The notes under the pieces: generated by a model
What the model saw: only the letters and a program-made list of their open reading frames with translations
The model's database searches: none
What the model was told of the DNA's origin: nothing
From: Elusimicrobiales bacterium
Lineage (GTDB): Bacteria; Elusimicrobiota; Elusimicrobia; Elusimicrobiales; UBA9959
Length of the DNA stretch: 64,000 bases
NCBI GenBank assembly: GCA_049972095.1
Contig: JBMFKQ010000002.1
Location: forward strand, 1 to 64,000
Direction: 5' to 3'
Made by a program: the position numbers and the translations under genes
In this document: positions 57,895-64,000 of the stretch, in pieces
How positions within the stretch are numbered: position 1 is the first letter of the stretch
Layout: the number at the start of each line of letters is the position of its first letter

Positions 57895-59502
57895 TTACAA
57901 ACCTATTATGGCTTTTTTTGTACATGCTTTTAAAAACTCAATAAAGATTGGATTTGGTGAAAGTGGGTATGAGTTAAATTCGGGGTGAAACTGCACACCT
58001 ATAAAAAATGGATGTGATGGTATCTCAACTATTTCTACAAGTTTATCCTTTTTATTGAAACCAGATATTCTCATACCTGCTTTTTCGAATCTTGATATAT
58101 ATTCATTGTTGAACTCGTATCTATGTCTATGTCTTTCAAGTATAAGAGTTTTTGAATATATTCTATAAGCAAGTGTATTTTTCTTTATGCTACATGGATA
58201 ATTCCCAAGTCTCATTGTAGAGCCTTTTTCAACATTTTTTTGTCCTTTCATTAATGTAATTACAGGATGAGGAGTTTTTGGGTTAAACTCAGTTGAATTT
58301 GCATTTGAAAGTTTTAAGACATTTCTTGCGAACTCAATAACACAACACTGCATTCCAAGGCATATACCTAAAAATGGTATATTATTTTCCCTGGCAATCT
58401 TTACTGCATGAATTTTTCCATCTATACCCCTTTCTCCAAAACCGCCAGGAATTATAAGTCCGTCAGATGAATTAAGTGTATTTTCTATTTTTTTTGTTGT
58501 TTCCTCTGTATCAAGATAATTTATATCCACTTTTACACCATTTGAAACACCAGCATGAAAGATTGCATCATTAAGCGATTTATATGAATCCTTAAGCTTT
58601 GTGTATTTGCCAGCTATAACTACTTTTAACTGATTTTTTGAGCTCATCGTATCTTTTATTCTCATAACAAGCTTCTCCCAATCAGAGATATCATATCTAT
58701 TGCTTCTTAGTCTGAGAAGCATAAGTATCTGTTCATCAAGTGACTGTTTTTTAAAAATGAGAGGAAGCTCATAGATTGTTGATAGATTAGGAGCTTCAAT
58801 TATTGCCTGAGGGGGAACGGATGAAAAGAGTGCTATCTTCTTTTTTATCTCCTGATTAAGACTTTTTTCAGAACGGGTTATTATTATATCAGGGTCTATA
58901 CCTATCTCCCTAAGTTTTGTAACAGAATGCTGTGTTGGCTTTGTTTTAAGCTCATCACTTGAGCTTAGATAAGGAACAAGTGTAACATGTATATAGATGA
59001 CATCCGATAAGTTTCTATCTATCTTCATCTGTCTTGCAGCTTCGAGGAATGGTAGGCTTTCTATATCACCGACAGTTCCACCTATCTCTATTATTGTTAT
59101 ATCATAGCCTTCTGATAGTTTAATAAATCTATTTTTTATTTCATCGGTAAGATGTGGTATGACTTGAACAGTCTGACCCAAATAATCACCCTTTCTTTCC
59201 TTTGTTATAACTGCACTGTATATCTTACCTGCTGTTATATTATTTTCAGCCTTTGTTTTGATACCAACAAACCTTTCATAATAACCTAAATCAAGATCTG
59301 TTTCTGCACCATCTTCAGTGACAAAAACCTCGCCATGCTGAAAAGGGCTCATCGTTCCAGCATCTACATTGAGGTATGGATCACACTTTACCATATTTAC
59401 TGAAAAGCCATGTGATTTTAGAAGTCTTCCTATTGAGGCACTTGTGATACCCTTACCAAGAGAGCTTACAACCCCTCCTGTTATAAAAATGAATTTAGAC
59501 AT
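57895..59502 (-). CDS. pyrG: CTP synthase
   Basis: GGVVSSLGKG, KTKPTQHSV, GICLGMQ, ERHRHRYE, QFHPE. Confidence 0.98.
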   Translation of the reverse strand: MSKFIFITGGVVSSLGKGITSASIGRLLKSHGFSVNMVKCDPYLNVDAGTMSPFQHGEVFVTEDGAETDLDLGYYERFVGIKTKAENNITAGKIYSAVITKERKGDYLGQTVQVIPHLTDEIKNRFIKLSEGYDITIIEIGGTVGDIESLPFLEAARQMKIDRNLSDVIYIHVTLVPYLSSSDELKTKPTQHSVTKLREIGIDPDIIITRSEKSLNQEIKKKIALFSSVPPQAIIEAPNLSTIYELPLIFKKQSLDEQILMLLRLRSNRYDISDWEKLVMRIKDTMSSKNQLKVVIAGKYTKLKDSYKSLNDAIFHAGVSNGVKVDINYLDTEETTKKIENTLNSSDGLIIPGGFGERGIDGKIHAVKIARENNIPFLGICLGMQCCVIEFARNVLKLSNANSTEFNPKTPHPVITLMKGQKNVEKGSTMRLGNYPCSIKKNTLAYRIYSKTLILERHRHRYEFNNEYISRFEKAGMRISGFNKKDKLVEIVEIPSHPFFIGVQFHPEFNSYPLSPNPIFIEFLKACTKKAIIGL

Positions 59503-59538
59503 AAATTAACCTCCAAATTATATTATATAAAGCTGAAA

Positions 59539-60282
59539 TCAGATTAAACTATTATCCAAAGCAAATCTTTCTGCCTTTGCTATGTCATGAGGTGTATCAA
59601 TGCTTGGCGCTGAATAATCCACTATTTCAGCACCTATGCTCATTCCGCATGCAAGGGCTCTTAATTGTTCAAGTCTTTCGAGTGTCTCGATAAGTGATGG
59701 TGGAGAATCGACAAATTTAAAAAGTGACTCTTTCCTAAATACATAAACACCTATATGTCTATAATAAGGAATAAGACTTTTAGTTTCACTAAGATTATGA
59801 TGATATGGAACAGCAAGCCTTGAAAAATAAATAACACGCTTATTTTCCACCACAGCCTTAACAATATTTTGATCTGATATCATTTGTTGGTCTTTTAAAG
59901 GTGTTACAGCAGTTGTTATATCAAATCTCAAATCACTTTCTATAAGTTTGAGAGGAAGTTTTATAGCATATGGGGTTATAAATGGCTCATCCCCTTGAAT
60001 ATTTATGTATATATCAGCATCCTCTTTTCTTGCCACCTCTGCTATTCTATCAGTTCCAGATCTATGAGTGGGTGATGTGATGACTGCAGTTATTCCGTAT
60101 CTATCACACACATTTTTTACCCTTTCATCATCAGTTGCTACAAGAGATTTATCAATCCCATCGATTTTTATTACTCTTTCCCAAACCCATACGATAAGAG
60201 GCTTACCACAGATATGATGTATCACCTTGCCTGGAAATCTTGTTGATGAATATCTTGCAGGTATAATAGCACATACCTTCAT
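59539..60282 (-). CDS. kdsB: 3-deoxy-manno-octulosonate cytidylyltransferase
   Basis: IPARYSSTRFPGK, SGTDR, NIQGDEP, YFSR, HIGVY, LEQLRAL. Confidence 0.96.
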   Translation of the reverse strand: MKVCAIIPARYSSTRFPGKVIHHICGKPLIVWVWERVIKIDGIDKSLVATDDERVKNVCDRYGITAVITSPTHRSGTDRIAEVARKEDADIYINIQGDEPFITPYAIKLPLKLIESDLRFDITTAVTPLKDQQMISDQNIVKAVVENKRVIYFSRLAVPYHHNLSETKSLIPYYRHIGVYVFRKESLFKFVDSPPSLIETLERLEQLRALACGMSIGAEIVDYSAPSIDTPHDIAKAERFALDNSLI

Positions 60283-61280
60283 TTCATTGCTTCCTTAAGC
60301 TCGGAGATTGTAACAGATGCAGCTCCTATCTTTGATACGACAATCCCTGCGGCATAGTTTGCAATAATACTAGACTTCAATATATCACCACAGACTGCAT
60401 ATGATAGTGAAACAACTGATATCACAGTATCGCCTGCACCTGTAACATCAAAAACCTCTTTTGCAACCGTTGGAATGTGTGTGATATTGATTGAAGATAA
60501 TCTTTTCTCAAATACACTCATTCCCTGCTCGCTTCTGGTGATGATAAGGCTTGGGAGAGAAAGCTTGTTTATAATCTCTTTACCTATCTTCTCCACAGCC
60601 TTCTCATCAGCGTTTTCAATTCTTCTCATTCCTAAAAATGCCTCATGAAGATTTGGTGTCAGTGATGTAGCTCCACGGTAAGCCATAAAGTGTTCTATTT
60701 TAGGATCAACAAAGACTGCAACATTTTTCTTTTTTGATAGAGATATGCTGAACTCTATTATGTCTTTTGAGAAAATCCCTTTGCCATAGTCTGAAAGGAT
60801 TATAACATCAGAATCATCAATAACCTTTTTTATATTTTCTCTAAGCTTGGCTTTGGTTGAGGATGAAAGAATGAGCTTCTGTTCATTATCAACCCTAACT
60901 ACCTGCTGATGTTCAGCAACTATTCTTGTTTTTTCTGTGGTTGAATAAGAGTTAATCTCAATAATAAACTCTGTGGATACAGAACTCATGGATGAAAGAA
61001 GATCTACTAAAGTTCTTCCAGATCTATCACTGCCAACAATGCCTACAATCTTAGCGCTTGCACCTAATGATGATATGTTTGAACAAACATTTGCTGCTCC
61101 ACCACATGATATCCTTTCTTTTGTAACCTCAACAACTGGAACAGGGGCTTCTGGTGATATTCTCCTAACCCTGCCAAATATATATTTATCAAGCATTACA
61201 TCACCTATAATTCCAACCTTTATCTTTTTAAATCCATCTATGATAGATGATGCCTCTTTAAATGAAATAATTTTTCTCAT
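60279..61280 (-). CDS. rfaE1: D-glycero-beta-D-manno-heptose-7-phosphate kinase (HldA)
   Basis: GDVMLD.Y..G.V.RISPEAPVPV, SDYGKG, DPK, TPN, DVTGAGDTV. Confidence 0.95.
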   Translation of the reverse strand: MRKIISFKEASSIIDGFKKIKVGIIGDVMLDKYIFGRVRRISPEAPVPVVEVTKERISCGGAANVCSNISSLGASAKIVGIVGSDRSGRTLVDLLSSMSSVSTEFIIEINSYSTTEKTRIVAEHQQVVRVDNEQKLILSSSTKAKLRENIKKVIDDSDVIILSDYGKGIFSKDIIEFSISLSKKKNVAVFVDPKIEHFMAYRGATSLTPNLHEAFLGMRRIENADEKAVEKIGKEIINKLSLPSLIITRSEQGMSVFEKRLSSINITHIPTVAKEVFDVTGAGDTVISVVSLSYAVCGDILKSSIIANYAAGIVVSKIGAASVTISELKEAMK

Positions 61281-61336
61281 AACTATATTATATTATTTTC
61301 CAAATGATGAAATTAAATAAATTGTATAATTGATTT

Positions 61337-62797
61337 ATGAAAATTCTCATTATAAGATTATCCTCACTTGGTGATATAATACTTACATTTCCTGTTGTCA
61401 GGAACATAAAGCTTAATCTACCTTGCGCTGAGATATGGTTTTTAACAAAGAAAAACTTTGCATCTGTTGTCAAAAGTCATCCAGATATTGGAAGGGTTGT
61501 AGAGTTTAAAAGTATAATAATGAGCCTTAAAGAGCTTTCATCTGAAAGGTTTGATTTTATATTTGACCTTCATTCAAATTTTAGAAGTTTTATCTTGAGA
61601 ACTTTTTTAAAGGCTCATAAAAAGATAAGATATAGAAAAGATTCTTTATGGAGACATATTCTTATCAGGTTTAAATACATATCACCCAGACTTGAAAAAC
61701 ATGTTGTTGAAAAGTACCTTGAAACACTCAAGATTGCAGGTTTTAAGATATTTACAGATGAGTTGAGTATAAAAGATCTAAGGATTAGTCATCAAAAAAA
61801 AGAGGTAAAAAAAATCCTTGTTTTTCAAACAGCATTTCTCGGAGATCTTCTTCTCACACTTCCTGTGATAGAGAGGATTAAAAAAACCTATCCATCATGT
61901 TTTCTTTCCCTTGTAGTAAGAGAAGAAAATCTCAAAGCAGTAGAAGCTATAAAGGAGATAGATCTTATCATACCAGATAGGAAAAAAACAGACATAATTC
62001 TAAGCTCTTTTGAGCTTATAAAAAAAATAAGACAGATAAACTTTGATATTGCAATTATTCCTCATAGATCTCTTAGAACTGCTGTGATATGCTGGCTTGG
62101 AAGGATAGATGAAAGGATTGGATTTGATGTAATGCCATCTTCAATTTTTTATACAAAAAAAATTCCTTTTAAATGGACTATTCATAATGTTGAAAGGAAT
62201 ATGATGCTTGTTGATTGTATTACAGATACATCCAATATCAGCTTCCCGAAGATAAGAGCTGAATCTAAAGCCTTGGAAGGTATAACCAGACCCATTATTG
62301 TTATAAATCCATTTTCTATATGGAAAACAAAAAGATGGCCAATATACAAATTTGCAGCTCTTATTATGAAGCTTAGAGAAAATTATAAGACAATGCCATT
62401 AATAATAGGAAGCAGTGATGAAAAAGAACAATCCAAGGAACTTGAGAAACTTCTTCCAGAGAACTCTGTTATAAATCTTTGCGGTAAAACTGATCTCAGC
62501 AATCTTATAGATATAATAAAAAGAGCAGATATTCTTATAACCAATGATTCAGGACCTATGCATATCGCAGTTGCCACACAAACCCCTGTTATTGCCATAT
62601 TTGGACCAACAACAAAAGAGTTAGGATTTTTCCCTTATTCTGATAAATCAGATGTTATTGAGGTCAGATTGAGATGTAGACCATGCAGTCTTCATGGTTC
62701 AAAAAGATGTCCTAATGGCCATTTCCTGTGCATGAAGCTTATAAGTGTAGATAGCGTTTTGAAGGCCACAGAAAAATTTCTAAAATATACTTTATGA
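61337..62797 (+). CDS. GT9 heptosyltransferase (WaaF-like) with an extra N-terminal acceptor domain
   Basis: IIRLSSLGDI at aa 5-14 and VFQTAFLGDL near aa 161-170; single C-terminal domain with NDSGPMH, FGPT, CRPC..HG...CP..HF.CM. Confidence 0.88.
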   Translation: MKILIIRLSSLGDIILTFPVVRNIKLNLPCAEIWFLTKKNFASVVKSHPDIGRVVEFKSIIMSLKELSSERFDFIFDLHSNFRSFILRTFLKAHKKIRYRKDSLWRHILIRFKYISPRLEKHVVEKYLETLKIAGFKIFTDELSIKDLRISHQKKEVKKILVFQTAFLGDLLLTLPVIERIKKTYPSCFLSLVVREENLKAVEAIKEIDLIIPDRKKTDIILSSFELIKKIRQINFDIAIIPHRSLRTAVICWLGRIDERIGFDVMPSSIFYTKKIPFKWTIHNVERNMMLVDCITDTSNISFPKIRAESKALEGITRPIIVINPFSIWKTKRWPIYKFAALIMKLRENYKTMPLIIGSSDEKEQSKELEKLLPENSVINLCGKTDLSNLIDIIKRADILITNDSGPMHIAVATQTPVIAIFGPTTKELGFFPYSDKSDVIEVRLRCRPCSLHGSKRCPNGHFLCMKLISVDSVLKATEKFLKYTL

Positions 62798-63597
62798 ATA
62801 CTGCTTTTATTATTATCTTTGCAATAGCTCTTTATTCAGTTAGATGGACATGGTGGTTAAAAAATAGAAAAGGGCTTAAGGTTCTTGTATATCACAAGAT
62901 TGGATATCCACCAAGGGGTTCAAAATTAAAAGATTTATGGGTAACTCCTGAAAGTTTTGAAAAGCAGATATCATATCTTGTCAAAAGCGGATATAGACTT
63001 ATTGGCTTTTCTGATCTTAAAGAGATCTATGAGAATTCAAAATCGGTGGATGATATAGTTATTGTAACCTTTGATGATGGATATGAGAATAACTATATAT
63101 ATGCCTATCCGATACTTAGGAGATATAGAGCAAAAGGAAATATCTTTGTAGTCTACAATACAATAGGAAAGACAAATATCTGGCATAATCCCGAAACGGA
63201 AGCGTGGATAAACATGGCAACAGAAAAACAACTAATAGAAATGGATAAAAGTGGAGTGATAGAATTTGGCTCTCACACTATGAATCATCCACAACTTGAA
63301 AAAATTCCCTTAGAGGATGCTATATGGGAGATAAAGGAATCTAAAAAACAGCTTGAAAAACTTTTCAATAAACCTATTCTTGCCTTTGCATATCCTTATG
63401 GAAATGGTGCTTATAATGATAAGATAAGAAAGGTTGTGCTTGAAAACTATATATTTGATTTCAGTTTTAAACAGGGAATTACTCCCTGGCCATGGGAAAG
63501 GGAAAAAAAATCAATAGAGAGACTTTTTATAAGGCACAATGAAACTCTTTTTGATCTCAAACTTCATATCAAAAAGGGATTAAGCAGGCTTTTTTGA
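62794..63597 (+). CDS. Polysaccharide deacetylase (CE4) with N-terminal membrane anchor
   Basis: L.YH, TFDDGY, FGSHT..H, FAYPYG. Confidence 0.9.
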   Translation: MNTAFIIIFAIALYSVRWTWWLKNRKGLKVLVYHKIGYPPRGSKLKDLWVTPESFEKQISYLVKSGYRLIGFSDLKEIYENSKSVDDIVIVTFDDGYENNYIYAYPILRRYRAKGNIFVVYNTIGKTNIWHNPETEAWINMATEKQLIEMDKSGVIEFGSHTMNHPQLEKIPLEDAIWEIKESKKQLEKLFNKPILAFAYPYGNGAYNDKIRKVVLENYIFDFSFKQGITPWPWEREKKSIERLFIRHNETLFDLKLHIKKGLSRLF

Positions 63598-64000
63598 TGG
63601 AGCTTGAAAAGATAAGAAATAGAATAAAGAAAAATGTAGTTGGAAGATTGCTTCTTTCTTTGCTCAGTATAATATATTACACTCTTTTTGTTTCAAACAA
63701 ACTAATAAGAAAAAAGATTATTGGCAGTAAAAAAATTAAAACTCCGATAATATGTGTTGGTAATATCTCAGTCGGAGGTAGTGGGAAAACAACAGTTGTA
63801 AGCAATATTGCAGCTGAGCTTAGTAAAAAAGGGTTCAAGATTGCTGTTGTGATGAGGGGATATAAAAGTCAGTTTAGAAAAAATGATGTTGTTGAAAGCG
63901 ATTATGAAAATCTCACCAGCTTTATAAATGATCCTATGGTTTCAGATGAACAAAAGGTCTTATCGCTGATTTTTAAAGACCAAAGAATACCTGTAATCGC
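63597..64000 (+). CDS. lpxK: Tetraacyldisaccharide 4'-kinase, 3'-truncated by window edge
   Basis: Not in ORF track. Translated from ATG 63597: MELEKIR...PIICVGNISVGGSGKTT...AVVMRGYK...SDE. Confidence 0.9.
   Translation, partial: MELEKIRNRIKKNVVGRLLLSLLSIIYYTLFVSNKLIRKKIIGSKKIKTPIICVGNISVGGSGKTTVVSNIAAELSKKGFKIAVVMRGYKSQFRKNDVVESDYENLTSFINDPMVSDEQKVLSLIFKDQRIPVI

Noticed and set aside
749..63231. Many 60-150 aa ORFs nested in or antisense to long genes
   Set aside because: They overlap well-supported genes, lack motifs and look like shadow ORFs.
1..64000. CRISPR array, IS element, rRNA or long DNA tandem repeat
   Set aside because: None seen; intergenic gaps are short and the WG/TPR repeats are degenerate at DNA level.

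Overview
Gene-dense, AT-rich bacterial chromosome segment from a diderm, LPS-producing organism. Gene content (PorV-like barrel, Wzy_C-TPR proteins, T2SS/T4P-like operon, DUF885) suggests Elusimicrobiota, which is an inference. In order, the window holds: the 3' part of a HEPN (HI0074-type) gene, ackA, a LUD protein, a WG-repeat protein, a pullulanase and a DUF4015 hydrolase; tRNA-Lys/Leu and tig-clpP-lon without clpX; DUF885, a pilH/pilI/pilG-like ABC module, GT4, a PorV-like barrel, an exported coiled-coil ClpP-like protease and an M14 carboxypeptidase; TSUP-GNAT-DUF2156, an atypical initiator tRNA, terC, FKBP, an unknown P-loop protein, an NSS transporter with an unannotated 30-aa partner, and tRNA-Thr; a ~16 kb type IV filament locus (two O-antigen-ligase/TPR proteins, OmpA-domain protein, fused PilM-PilN, PilO, PilP, secretin, PilB, PilC, four Cys-rich pilins); uvrA, nadB; and an LPS cluster (lptA-lptB-lptC, kdsD, kdsA, pyrG, kdsB, rfaE1, a dual-acceptor-domain GT9, a deacetylase, partial lpxK). 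I saw no CRISPR array, IS, prophage or rRNA. The most interesting signals are the hybrid type IV filament locus with candidate glycosylation, the exported ClpP-like protease near a Ser-His-Asn ClpP, recurrent leaderless gene starts together with a non-canonical tRNA-fMet, and a heptosyltransferase with two acceptor domains. All family calls come from motif recognition by eye; no searches were run.
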